Source: Octopus bimaculoides
Lineage: Eukaryota
Reading direction: 5' to 3'
DNA: 47,830 nt
NCBI RefSeq assembly: GCF_001194135.2
Contig: NC_068991.1
Location: 7,915,574 to 7,963,403 of the forward strand
The position numbers and the translations under genes were made by a program. This document shows, piece by piece, positions 22,377 to 34,564 of this stretch. Position 1 is the first letter of the stretch. Each line of letters opens with the position of its first letter. The notes under the pieces were generated by a model, which saw nothing but the letters and a program-made list of their open reading frames with translations, searched no databases and was not told the origin of the DNA.

Positions 22377-23426
22377 TCCGATATGCTAGAAAGAGATCAT
22401 CTACGATCTAACCACGAAGAAAATAATGTTCTCTAGAAAAATTTCAGCAAACACCAGAATATATAAATATAAATATAAATTTATATATATATATNNNNNN
22501 NNNNNNNNNNNNNNNNNNNNNNNNNNNNNNNNNNNNNNNNNNNNNNNNNNNNNNNNNNNNNNNNNNNNNNNNNNNNNNNNNNNNNNNNNNNNNNNNNNNN
22601 NNNNNNNNNNNNNNNNNNNNNNNNNNNNNNNNNNNNNNNNNNNNNNNNNNNNNNNNNNNNNNNNNNNNNNNNNNNNNNNNNNATATATATATATATAACG
22701 TTGACCAAGCATGTGTATGCATTTGTTTATGTGACTGCATGTGTTTCTGTGAATGTGTGTATGTACGTATGCATATATGTATATATATGCACAGACATAT
22801 ATTTAAATATGCATATATTTGTGTGTGCATATATGTGTATAAGTTTGTATACATACAAGTGGATGTGTTAGCGTATGACACTGGTGTATGAGTGTATGTT
22901 GCCTATGTGCATGTGTTAGTATGTGAGGCATGAATGTGAGCATATGATGTGCACGTGAGTGTATCATATGTACATATTAGTGTATGACATGCATGTATGA
23001 GATCATGCATGTTTTAGAATGTCTGTACATTTACAAATCAAATATATAAATAGACATTAAATCAAAAGTTGTCAGCATGATCAAGATAGAAATGTAGAAG
23101 AAATATGGTTTTCTTGGAGTATCAAGAGACAGGACAATGTTCTCTTCTCTTCTCTGCTGTTATTTTTTTCATTGGTTCATATTACTAAAGTTTCTTGTAA
23201 CCTTCTGCATGTTGGCATAAATTTTCCAATCTTTCCAATAAGAATATTAAATAGAAGAAAGAACAGTACAGTTATCTAGTCACCAATATTGATGTATCTG
23301 TTTACAGTCGTTGCTAATATAGAGTTACGGTAATCTAATGTCTGTCTAGGTAGAGTTTGCAAGAAATAGATAGATAGATAGATAGACAGAGAGATAGATA
23401 GACAGATAGAGAGATGGATAGATAGG

Positions 23427-23459
<33 letters not shown>

Positions 23460-24552
23460 GGATAGATAGATATATAGATAGATAGATAGAGTGACACACA
23501 GACAGACAGATAGATAGGCAGACAGAGAGAGAGAGACAGAGACAGGGAGAGAGAGAGAGAGAGAACATCAAAGTGTTTTTCCTGTCTTTCTCTTCCCCAT
23601 TCTATATTTCACTTGTAACGAATATACACAGGAATAGATTATATTTCAAAAACCGAATTGACAAACTTCCATTTATTTCTAATTAAATAATACAAGCAAG
23701 GTGTAACAAATAAAAATGAAGTAAGATAAAATAGAATAAAATGAAGTTTTGAATAAACAAACAGCTAACAAAAATAGGTAGAAGAAACAAACCAATATTT
23801 GAATTTCGATTAAATTAGCAATGAAGGTTAAACGGAAAAACTGACTGACCATCTATGCATGGAAATAATAGCTGTTTTTATCTAATATTCACTTCTAATG
23901 TTGGCACAAGGCCATACACTTTTTTTTTTTTTTTTTTTTTTTTTTTTGTGGGGGTTGGAGTCAAATATATCAATTCTGGTAGTTTATTGATATTTATTTT
24001 CCATTGACCCTGAAAGAATTGAAAGACAAATGTGAATCTCGTGAGATTTGAGCTTTGGTGATTCTGTCACTTCACTCTACCCCCATCCCCCACACCGCTC
24101 CATTACTGACGAGAGACACTCAGTGAAAGTGTATGACGGACATTGCCTCACTCTATAGAATTAATCGTCATCATTATCATCACCATCACCATCACCATCG
24201 TTGTTGTCAATGTCTTCATCATCGTTGTTGTTGTTGTCGTCGTTGTCGTTGTCATTATCCTCCTCCTCCCTGTCATCATCATCATTATCGTTATATTCTT
24301 TCTGAAGAAGAAGAAGAAGAAGAAGAAGAAAGTAAAGTTGTCATCACCATCACACTCACAAACAACACTGTCTTCTTCTTCTTCTTCTTCTTCTTCTTCT
24401 TCTTCTTCTTCTTCTTCTTCTTCTTCTTCTTCTTCTTCTTCTTCAATGGGACGGTAGAGATTCACATGCCAATCCTTCTGAGACTCCCCAAGGTGACTAA
24501 GGGAGCTGCATCATGAGAAATGGCAACAGCACCAGCACTACCGATAACAATG

Positions 24553-24583
<31 letters not shown>

Positions 24584-25004
24584 ACATCATTAGTGTAATG
24601 GCAAAGAATTTTCCCTCATTTCTCATTGCAGCAGACACAAGGTGTGAGTGTTTGCCTGGAGGCAAAAATGAGACCAGAGAAAAATTTTAGGGTAACGCTG
24701 TGTGACTTAGTGCCTCAGACTTGGTGTCACCAGTAAAAGAAGTTAGTGACACCATTAGAAGAATAATTACACAGAAATACATAAACCAGAAAAAATAATG
24801 AGAATGAAAAATTAAAAAAAAGAGGAGACAAGAATGTCCAGTGCCAGCCCAAAGTGAGAAATGCCAGAGGGAGAAGATATTCAGCTACAGTTGGATACAT
24901 AGCAAGGAGAAAATATTGGATGGTAGAGCTATAATGTCACAGTGAGTTGAAAGTACAGAGATTCTTCAGTACGCTTGTGTTTTTCAAGAATACATATAGT
25001 CATT

Positions 25005-25104
25005 TCTAATAAGGGTATAAGGCCTGAAATTTTGGGGTAGGAGACTAGTTGATAACCTTGGCTCCCAGTGCTTGACTGGTAGTTATTTCATCAACCCTGA
25101 AAGG
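25005..25104 (-). mobile_element. SINE C 3' half joined to the R4-like LINE
   Basis: CTTTCAGGGTTGATGAAATAACTACCAGTCAAGCACTGGG...CCCCAAAATTTCAGGCCTT. Confidence 0.65.
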
Positions 25105-26354
25105 GCTATATTGTCATGGCATCTCTTATATTCCTTCTGGGCTAATGGCGTACATTGGCTGGTAATATGCCATATGGTTTCACCGTTTTGTCCACAGATT
25201 TTGCACTTATCACTTTCTGCTGTGTTGTCTATTCTGCATTTTATGTAGTTTGCTCTTAGTGCTTGCTCTTGGGCAGCACAGATTAGAGCCTCCGTTTCCG
25301 GTTTTAAATCACTTTTATTCATCTACAGCCATCTTTTTTCTCTGTCTGTCTTATCTTCAACATCCCTATGAAATTGTTCATACATTCTTTTCTTTACTCA
25401 CCTATTTTCAATTTCATTCATTTTCAATTTCATTCATTTTCAATTTCTTGTACAGTGCTTTGTCTTTGTAATGCTGTGTTCACATCCAATAAGTCCTCTT
25501 CCCCTCTTTTTCTTGTACATACAGTCTGTCTGTGTCACTTTTTGGGTGGTTTGACCCATATCTAGTTAGCAACTTCCTTGTTTTTCTGTCTAAGCTGTTT
25601 AGTTCGTCTACTGTCCCTGTAATTACCCCTGCTCCATATCTAAGGAGTGAAACCACCCAGGTGTTGATAGCTTCGATCTTATTCCGGCATTTAATTTCGA
25701 CTTAAGGATCAGTCTCAGTCTGAGCAAGTACTCCACCTTAAATTTTTCTGTCATTTTTTTCTCCATCAATTTATCCATTTCCCAAATCCCCAAGTACTTA
25801 TAGCCTGTCTCGTCTATCTGCTTCATAACCTTCCCTGATGATATCATTAGCCTGTCCATACATTTGGTTTTGCCTCTCTTCAAGACTAACACACCACACT
25901 TTCTCAGTCCGAACTCCATTCTGATATCAGCACTGAAGGTATGCACCATATCAACGAGGGAACTGACTTGGGATTCATCTTTACCATAAAGTTTGAGGTC
26001 ATTCATGAATAACAAATGGTTGACTTTTTGTTGGCGGCTTTTGAATACACACCCAGCTTTTGCTTTCTTCAGAATCAGTGTTAATGGTATCAAGCACAGT
26101 ACAAAGATCAGTGGGGACAGGCAGTCCCCTTGGAATATGCCCCTCTTAATTTCTACTGTCCCTAAACTTTTTCCATATGCTTGTAGGTCCGTCCTCCAAT
26201 TCGCCATTCTTTTTCCAAGCAATCGCTCAACATTCGATGCAATACCAAACAGGTTCATACACTCCATAATCCAAGAATGTAGGATCATATCGTATGACAT
26301 GGCTAAGTTACTTTTCCTCCTCTTGCAGTCTCTAAGCACAGTTTTGTCTATCAA
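25104..26354 (-). mobile_element. R4/Dong-clade non-LTR retrotransposon fragment (RT, thumb, CCHC knuckle), frameshifted
   Basis: RT motifs RGIFQGDCLSPLIF, NHLLFMNDLKLY, YKYLG; HPKSDTDRLY; C-terminal LKPETEALICAAQEQAL...CKICGQNGETIWHITSQC...KRCHDN (degenerate RHD). The catalytic YADD-equivalent FMDD is mutated to FMND. Confidence 0.9.
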
Positions 26355-26679
26355 TTATTATTATTATTATTATTATTATTATTGCTGTTGTTGTTGTTGT
26401 TAATATTTCCTGAGTGGCTGACTGGCAGACTGACAGGCTTGCTGTTGAGAGAAATCGCCTGCTACAAGATGTCTACAAAGAACAAACAAAAAGTCAATAA
26501 ACTGTGTTAAGTCCTATCAGCTGTCATTGAAGCAGTTTATTCCTGAGATGTTTTTAATGGCACCTTCCTTCCTTCCTTCCTTCCTTCCTGCGTCTTAGAC
26601 TAAGAACGGTGGAGAACAAAATTGAACAAAACTTATCAGCACCTCTTCAAATTTCTAATTACAAGAAAAACATCATAAA

Positions 26680-27523
26680 NNNNNNNNNNNNNNNNNNNNN
26701 NNNNNNNNNNNNNNNNNNNNNNNNNNNNNNNNNNNNNNNNNNNNNNNNNNNNNNNNNNNNNNNNNNNNNNNNNNNNNNNNNNNNNNNNNNNNNNNNNNNN
26801 NNNNNNNNNNNNNNNNNNNNNNNNNNNNNNNNNNNNNNNNNNNNNNNNNNNNNNNNNNNNNNNNNNNNNNNNNNNNNNNNNNNNNNNNNNNNNNNNNNNN
26901 NNNNNNNNNNNNNNNNNNNNNNNNNNNNNNNNNNNNNNNNNNNNNNNNNNNNNNNNNNNNNNNNNNNNNNNNNNNNNNNNNNNNNNNNNNNNNNNNNNNN
27001 NNNNNNNNNNNNNNNNNNNNNNNNNNNNNNNNNNNNNNNNNNNNNNNNNNNNNNNNNNNNNNNNNNNNNNNNNNNNNNNNNNNNNNNCACCACCACCACC
27101 ACTTCTGCCAACACTACCACCACCATGATCATGATCATGATCATCACCATCATCACCACCACCACCAACATCATCGTCACGCCCACCACCACAACACCAC
27201 TGCCATCACCTTCATCACTCCCACCATCACAACCACCATCATCATCATCATCATCTTCATCATCATCATAATTGCCCATCTCATTGTGGTTGCCATCTTT
27301 GTCGTTGTCACTAAAGATAATTACCCTTCTCTTCGTCTCCCCCTCACTCCATCTTCTACCTCCTTCTCACACCAGTCATCACCTTTTCCACGACTATTAC
27401 AATAACTACAACAACAACTACTACTACTACTACTACTACTGCTGCTGTTGCTGCTGTTCTCATCCTCCTCCACCACCATCGCCACCATCATCATCACCAC
27501 TGCTATCCCTGCTGCTGCTTCTG

Positions 27524-27573
<50 letters not shown>

Positions 27574-27800
27574 GCCACCACCACCACCACCACCACTGCT
27601 TTTGCTGTTGTTGTGCCTCTCCTCCTCTTCTTCCTACCTCCTCCTGCTTCTCCTTTACTTCCTCCTCCTCCTCCTCCTCCTCCTCATTATCATCTCTATC
27701 GTCATCATAATCACCTTTGTCATCATTCTTGCTATTGTCATCATTACCAATTCCGCTGTTATTTCCCCCCACCCCCACCCCCAACACCATCGACGTCCCT
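26680..27800. repeat. Assembly gap 26680-27087 and compound trinucleotide field
   Basis: Directly visible. Confidence 0.9.
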
Positions 27801-27916
27801 ATCATTTTGGTGATAATTTTTTTCCGCACCGACATAAAACTCAAAAACAAACCAACAACACCAATATATGTCTACGTACTTCAATCTTGTCTCTTTGAGG
27901 CACATCATCCTCCGAC

Positions 27917-28118
27917 CTGTCACAATCAATTTCTTCCAAGACTCATCTAATGCATCAACTGTGTAATCAAACTTTTTATTCATACAGCTATTCAAAATCC
28001 TTCTCGTTGCATCATGAAACCAGCAGAGCTGCATTTCAAATTTTTACATAAGGCAAATTAATCTCATTGATTTCTGGCTGTTTTCATAGTTCACTCACAT
28101 ATGGCCTTCCTTGGAAAC
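27917..28118 (-). CDS. Candidate exon pair (20 nt + 112 nt, 70-nt intron): GFQGRPY / LCWFHDATRRILNSCMNKKFDYTVDALDESWKKLIVT
   Basis: 28099-28118 ends TAT|gtgagt; 27917-28028 begins aaatgcag|CTC and ends CAG|gtcgga; frames join without stops. The acceptor of the first exon and the last donor are weak. Confidence 0.3.
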
Positions 28119-28729
28119 CTAAACCCTTTAACATTCAAATTTTTCTGTCAAATGTAAAGCTTACTTATTCACATTATTATTAAGAGTTAGCTTAAAAGCT
28201 GTACTCTTTGCAGATTTTTAAGCTAGCTCCTGCAGTGGGCTAATTAGGTTTGCAGCCCAAAACTAACGAGAGCTAAATAGCTTGACTATAAAAATGTCTA
28301 TAGTGACTATGTGGCCTGGTGGTGTTTGATCAAAGGTTAAGGAAGGATGAGAATTAATTCTGTAATGCAATCATTCTATTGTTCCAGTCACAAGTTGAGC
28401 TCCAACTGCTGGCCAATTTGTCCCAAAGTTCTTATCTCAACATAAAATTAATGAAACGAGTGTCATTTATCTTCCCCTTGATCTCTGACATCATCTGACA
28501 AACACCAACCAAGATGGTGTGAATCAGCCAAGCTTTATCTGCTAGAAATAGCAACCCAAATGCTTTTAAATCAGATACCAATGCTGAATGTTCAAGAACC
28601 AAATGAAGAGCACATTTTCAATCCCAGGATCATCCTGATTCCAAAAAGGTATATGTCTATGTAGAGCAAATGTAGACTGAGATATAGGGGTCCCTGACGA
28701 ACAGACAGAATTTTGCTTTTATTATTATA

Positions 28730-28895
28730 GATTAATCATGCATTATCTTATAACTTTGAGAGTTCAATAATGTGATTGCTGCATTTTTAGAATGACATTG
28801 TAGGGTAGGTGTGAGAAATCAGATCTGGCTGGTTTGAACGTAAAACAGATAAAATATTTGGGACAGATATGGCCAGTTTAATGCCAAAAGGTTAT
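28730..28895 (-). mobile_element. piggyBac-related non-autonomous left end
   Basis: Minus strand TAACCTTTTGGCATTAAACTGGCCATATC...AATCACATTATTGAACTCTCAAAGTTATAAGATAATGCATGA is homologous to the 5' non-coding region of the piggyBac at 36540-36640. Confidence 0.6.
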
Positions 28896-28921
28896 AGAAA
28901 ATAACACATTTCCCTGTAAGT

Positions 28922-29075
28922 GTAACTTAGTGGTTTGGCAAAAGAGTCCGACAAGAAGTACCAGACTTTAAAACGATAACTACTGAGGTCAGTTTGTTTG
29001 ACTAACTCCTTCAAGGTAGTGCCCCAGCATGGCCACAGTCCAATGCCTAAAACGAATGTAAGACAAAAGATAACA
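28922..29075 (+). mobile_element. SINE B tail fragment
   Basis: GTAACTTAGTGGTTTGGCAAAAGAG...CCCCAGCATGGCCACAGTCCAATG. Confidence 0.75.
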
Positions 29076-29159
29076 CATTATATGTTTATTCTATAATTAA
29101 TGGAATTAATTGTTTTAGATAGAATATTTTTTTATTTTTTAATTGTTCTAGACACATTC

Positions 29160-29925
29160 TATAAGTCTTCCAGACACAATTATCTCTTTTCTCTCCAATT
29201 ATTCCACACGCAATTTTCATTTTTTCTCATGTAGCGTCTGGTTTATTTCCCATTCATTTCTTTATTCTCTAACTTTTCCAGATACAGTGACTCTTCAAAT
29301 GTCTCAGACAAAATATTTACCACTTTTCACTGCTTCAAACATACCATCCAAATCTTCACACAATATGTCTTTGCTCTCCAAGTCTTCTAGACACAACATC
29401 TCTTTACTTTTTAATTACTCCACAGACATTTTCATTTTTTATGCTTCAACTGCTTTATACCCCTCTCAATTCTTTTCTCTCCAATAATTGTAGCCTCAGT
29501 TTCTTTTTTGTCCAACTGTTTCAGATACAATATGTCTTTTTCCTTTCAGCTGTTCCAGACACAACATTTTCACTCTTCAATTCTCATAGACACATCCTCT
29601 AAGTGTTCCAGACACAATTTTTTCTTTGCTAGCCAACTGTTCCAGATATACTCTCCAAACCTTCACACAATATATCTTTACTCTCCAACCCTTCTTCACA
29701 CAATTTATCTTTACTCTCCAATTATTCCAGACACATTGTTTCTTTAGTTTCCAATTCTTCCAGCACAACAACTTTTACCTCTGTCTTTTCCAGACAATTA
29801 TTCTACAAATTGTTTCAGACAATATCTTTTACTTTGCACCATTTGAAACACAATATTCTTTAGTCTACAATTGTTCCACACACATCTTTCAAGTCTCCCA
29901 CACACAATATCTCTTTACTCTCAGA
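29160..29925. repeat. Degenerate ~31-bp minisatellite
   Basis: Recurring TTCCAGACACAATATCTCTTTACTCTCCAA-like unit, roughly 20 decayed copies. Confidence 0.8.
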
Positions 29926-29944
29926 GTCTTCTTTATGTTTGTGT

Positions 29945-30180
29945 AGGCTCCCACCACCATCTCCATTTGACAACTGGTGTTGGTTTGTTTATGACCCTGC
30001 AACTTAGTAGTTCATCAAAAGGAGGTCAACAGAACAAGTACGGAACTTTTTTAATTTAAAAAAAAAAAAAGCAATAAGTCCTGGGGTCAAGTTGTTTAAC
30101 TAAAACTCTTCAAGGTGATGCCCCAGCATGGCCACAGTCCAATGACTGAAACAAGTAAAAGATAAAAGGTGAAAGATAAA
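29945..30180 (+). mobile_element. SINE B body/tail
   Basis: TTGACAACTGGTGTTGGTTTGTTTATG...CCCCAGCATGGCCACAGTCCAATGACTGAAACAAGTAAAAGATAAAAG. Confidence 0.8.
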
Positions 30181-30419
30181 AAAAAATAAAAGAAATTGAA
30201 AAATGAAGATTAAAGAGATAGAACAACGAGGAGAAGGCAGGATGGAGGGGAAGGAGGGAGGGGTGGAGGGAGGAGGTGGAGAGAGGAGGTGGTGCTGGTG
30301 GTGTTGGCGGAGAAGGAAAAAGAGTTTAACTTTCCTTTATTGATTTAGGCTCATATATTTGTATATTACTCAAATATCATAATCTAATTAAACCTATTAA
30401 TGATTGTGTCCTGTTTCCT

Positions 30420-30870
30420 GCACACACACACACACACACACACACAAGCATACGCACACACACACACAAGCATACGCACACACACACTTCACACATACAT
30501 GCAAGCACATACTTCACATACAGGCATACACACACACACACACATTCATACACACACACATTCATACACACACACACACTTCACACACACATACAAGCAC
30601 ATACTTCACATAAAGGCATACACTCACACACACAAACACATACACACACATAGAAGCACATACTTCACATACAGGCATACACACACACACACACAGACAT
30701 AGAACCAGTGAGCCACCCAACGAACACACACACACATGCACACGTACATACATGCACACACAGAGAGGCATACACATACACACATACATGCAAACTCACA
30801 CTCCACACTCTCAGACATAGATCCAGTAAGCCACCAAACACACACACATAAACACACTACACACTCTCAC
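30420..30870. repeat. CA-rich tract with higher-order duplications
   Basis: AAGCACATACTTCACATA(C/A)AGGCATACAC x3; AGACATAGA(A/T)CCAGT(G/A)AGCCACC x2. Confidence 0.85.
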
Positions 30871-31097
30871 TCTTTCTCTCTCTCTCTCCTTTCCCCGTCT
30901 GTTTCTTTCATTTCTTTTTCTTTCTCTTCCTCCTTATTTATCTCTCTCTATTTTATTTCCTCTTATCGTTGACTCTCTCTAATTTTCTCTTTTGTTCCTA
31001 TTCTCTCTCTTTTGTTTTCTTCACTCTCTCTCTCCCTACTTATCTTGCCTTTTTTACCATCTTCATCCCTTTGTGTTCCCTTCTAGTTTTCTCTGGC

Positions 31098-31550
31098 AAT
31101 ATTTCCCTCTTCAAGGGTGATGAACTGGCAGAAACATTAGCACGCCGGACGAAATGCTTAGCGATATTTCGTCTGCCGTTATGATCTGAGTTCAAATTCC
31201 ACCAAAGTCGACATTGCCTTTCATCCTTTCGGGGTTGATAAATTAAGTACCAGTTGCGTACTGGGGTTGATCTGATTGACTGGCCCATTCCCCCAAAATT
31301 TCAGGCTTGTACCTAGAGTAGAAAAGAATATTTCCCTCTTCAAGGGTGGAAGGTCACAGAATCGTTGGCACGCCAGGTAAAATACTTAGTGGTATTTCAT
31401 CTGTCTTTATGTTCTGAGTTCAAATTCTATTGTGGTTGACTTTGCCTTTCATCCTCTCGGGCTCGATAAAATATGTACCAGTTAAACACTGGGGTCAAAG
31501 TAATCAACTTACCCCACCCACAAATTGCTGGCCTTGTGCTAAAATTTATA
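31098..31550 (+). mobile_element. Tandem pair of SINE C copies separated by a 22-bp direct repeat
   Basis: AATATTTCCCTCTTCAAGGGTG at 31098-31119 and 31327-31348. Confidence 0.85.
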
Positions 31551-31590
31551 TATATAATTTATATATATATAATTTATATAAATATAAATA

Positions 31591-31750
31591 GACAATGAGC
31601 TTCTTTCAGTTTCCTTCCACCAAATTCACTCACAAAGCTTTGGTCAGCCCGAGGCTATTGGAGAAGACACTTGCCCAAGGTGCCATGCAGTGGATCTGAA
31701 CCCGGAACCATGTGGTTGGTAAGCAAGCTACTTACCACACAGCCACTCCT
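31591..31750 (-). mobile_element. SINE B head
   Basis: Minus strand GGAGTGGCTGTGTGGTAAGTAGCTTGCTTACCAACCACATGGTTCCGGGTTCAGATCCACTG. Confidence 0.85.
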
Positions 31751-31779
31751 ACATATATATATATATGTATAATAATCTC

Positions 31780-31866
31780 TTACAAAACCTTTTTTCCAAA
31801 TCTTAAGCCCCCAAAATTAGGCGGTTCCTTATGCATGAGGGTTCCTTGTACATGTTAAAATACAGT
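31780..31866. mobile_element. Probable pogo/Tc1-like DNA transposon terminus
   Basis: TTTTTCCAAATCTTAAGCCCCCAAAATTAGG...AAAATACAGTA resembles TA-ended non-autonomous element termini. From recall only. Confidence 0.35.
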
Positions 31867-32956
31867 AATTCTTTCCCAATATTCAAATAGCTTCCAGTCC
31901 TCCGTGTCAGCAAACTGTTTCTGAACTAAACTTTAATCTTTATGTTCTCTAAAATTTCTTGTATCAAGCTGTTCCTGAAATAAGGGGTCATAAAAAGAAC
32001 GATCAAATTTAGCAACAAACACCTTTCAAGAACATGTCATCGTTGGGTTTAATTCTTCACCCTTCTCCGTTACCATATTTTTAATGACATACACTCTGCC
32101 TTCGTTTTAATTAATTTTGAAAATAAGGAAGAATTTAGTAAAACAAATTTGTCCTTACCNNNNNNNNNNNNNNNNNNNNNNNNNNNNNNNNNNNNNNNNN
32201 NNNNNNNNNNNNNNNNNNNNNNNNNNNNNNNNNNNNNNNNNNNNNNNNNNNNNNNNNNNNNNNNNNNNNNNNNNNNNNNNNNNNNNNNNNNNNNNNNNNN
32301 NNNNNNNNNNNNNNNNNNNNNNNNNNNNNNNNNNNNNNNNNNNNNNNNNNNNNNNNNNNNNNNNNNNNNNNNNNNNNNNNNNNNNNNNNNNNNNNNNNNN
32401 NNNNNNNNNNNNNNNNNNNNNNNNNNNNNNNNNNNNNNNNNNNNNNNNNNNNNNNNNNNNNNNNNNNNNNNNNNNNNNNNNNNNNNNNNNNNNNNNNNNN
32501 NNNNNNNNNNNNNNNNNNNNNNNNNNNNNNNNNNNNNNNNNNNNNNNNNNNNNNNNNNNNNNNNNNNNNNNNNNNNNNNNNNNNNNNNNNNNNNNNNNNN
32601 NNNNNNNNNNNNNNNNNNNNNNNNNNNNNNNNNNNNNNNNNNATAGAAAATACCAATATTGAGGAGTTTATTCAGGTAGTTTGTTGACCTGTTGCATCAA
32701 TTGGTCGACTGATTTTACATTAATTTCTTTTATCATTATTAATTAAAAAGAACAAAATCAGGTATTGCCTATCATTCTGTTATTCTTTCATTCTAATTAC
32801 TTTTCCTCCCCCATGTGTTGTTGTTGTTGTTGTTGTTGTTGTTTAACCCCAGGTCAGCTCTGTTCAAGCAGACATATGATCAAAGATATTTCACCCATGC
32901 CCATCCTGTTTTAATTGCATATCAAGAACTACATTATTCAATGTAATTTTCTTTAT

Positions 32957-33140
32957 TTAACCCTTTCGTTACTGTATTCATTTTGAGATGCTCTGTGTTT
33001 CTTTCAATTAATTCTAAATATAACAAAGAATTTAGTAAAATAACTTAGTTATCATTGAACCAGTGTTAGGAACATTAATTGTGACTAAGGTTTGGTGGAA
33101 GATTTTAATTCAGAACTTTTGAAAACAAGACATTTGTACT
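32957..33140. mobile_element. piggyBac-type terminus (TTAA-CCCT)
   Basis: TTAACCCTTTCGTTACTG start; GAATTTAGTAAAA module also at ~32130; partial similarity to the 3' non-coding part of the piggyBac near 38600. Confidence 0.5.
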
Positions 33141-33384
33141 GGGCTTGTGATGCATGTTGCACCAGGCCAATGCAAGTATGAAAGACAAGAGAGTAGGATT
33201 GGCTCTGCACAAACCAAGTCCACTATAAAAACAAACCTCTGCTTCCCTGTAGGGAAATTTATTGAGAACCACTTAAAACAGTGGTTCCTTAACCAGAGTC
33301 CATATGACACTTAGGGGGTCCACTTTAGATTTTGTTAAAATTTATGTGCAATAAACTCTTTATACTTCTACAATGCACAAAATA

Positions 33385-33595
33385 TCTCTTTTACTCTTTT
33401 ACTTGTTTCAGTCATTTGACTGCAGCCATGCTGGAGCACTGCCTTTAGTCGAAGAAATCGACCCCAGGACTTATTCTTTGTAAGCCTAGTACTTATTCTA
33501 TCTGTCTCTTTTGCCGAACTGCTAAGTTACGGGGATGTAAACACACCAACACTGATTGTTAAGCAGTGGTAGGGGGACAAACACAGACACACAAG
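33385..33595 (-). mobile_element. SINE B body/tail
   Basis: Near-identical to 39503-39710. Confidence 0.85.
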
Positions 33596-34075
33596 CAATT
33601 CTGCCAGCTCGCCACCCTATGCTGTGAAAATATTGACTTGTCTTTCCTTCTTGGCATATCCAGGAATGAAAATATGGCAAGAGAGAAAGGGCTAGATACT
33701 TGCTTCTGGAAACAGCCCAGGCACACCAGAGATGGTTAAATTACTGTCTCTGTAATACCATCGACCAACAAGGCAAAAGGGCCAACAGAGTGAGATTTAA
33801 GGGAGATTTGGTTTTTTTTTTTTTTTATTGAATTGCAAATATGAACATGAAAGCAAAGAAGAAAAAAATTCCAAAAAATCTGAGATTTTGAAATAATTTC
33901 ACTGTGATGTAATTTGTTTTTATTGATAGCACAATCTGATATTTTCATAAAAGAACTCCATGAAAGAACTATTTGTTTTTTTTTTCATTTTGGAGTTCTA
34001 AAACCTCTATTCAACTATTGTTCCAATTTGTCTGGAATAAACTATCAATTGATATTGACTTGTTCAGTCAATATC

Positions 34076-34115
<40 letters not shown>

Positions 34116-34169
34116 TGGTTTCTGTTGTAGTAGATCAGTCTACCTTTTTCCTTTTTGTTTTTCTTTTTG

Positions 34170-34202
<33 letters not shown>

Positions 34203-34529
34203 TGTTTTCGTAAACCTCTTCCTCCTCATCATCATCATTACTACCACTACCACAACCACCGCTGATGCTGCCACCACCTTCGTCATTACCGCCACTGCTG
34301 CCACCACCTTCGTCGTTACTGCTGCTGCTGCCACCACCACGGCCACCACCACCACTACCACCACACACACACACACACACATGGATATATATCAAGCCTG
34401 TCCCTAATGTGATTAGAGAGTCCTTTCAACATTGTGTTGTGGGTCTTCTCAATTCACTGACCAAGTTACAGAGTGTACTGGGTGCTATTTCATGACACCA
34501 GTACAAGTGAGGATGTCTTGTGTGTGTGT

Positions 34530-34564
<35 letters not shown>

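Noticed and set aside
24103-24135. CTGACGA...GAAA hammerhead-like core
   Set aside because: Stem II cannot be formed directly before GAAA, and no stem I/III partners were found.
24632-24643. Plus-strand 12-nt micro-exon candidate (ttgcag|CAGACACAAGGT|gtgagt)
   Set aside because: No partner exons found on the plus strand. Kept as a caution that strong-looking micro-exons arise by chance, which lowers confidence in the minus-strand chain.
31870-31975. Reading KQFADTEDWKLFEYWERIT after a strong acceptor
   Set aside because: An in-frame stop lies upstream, and the 3' end runs into a transposon terminus.
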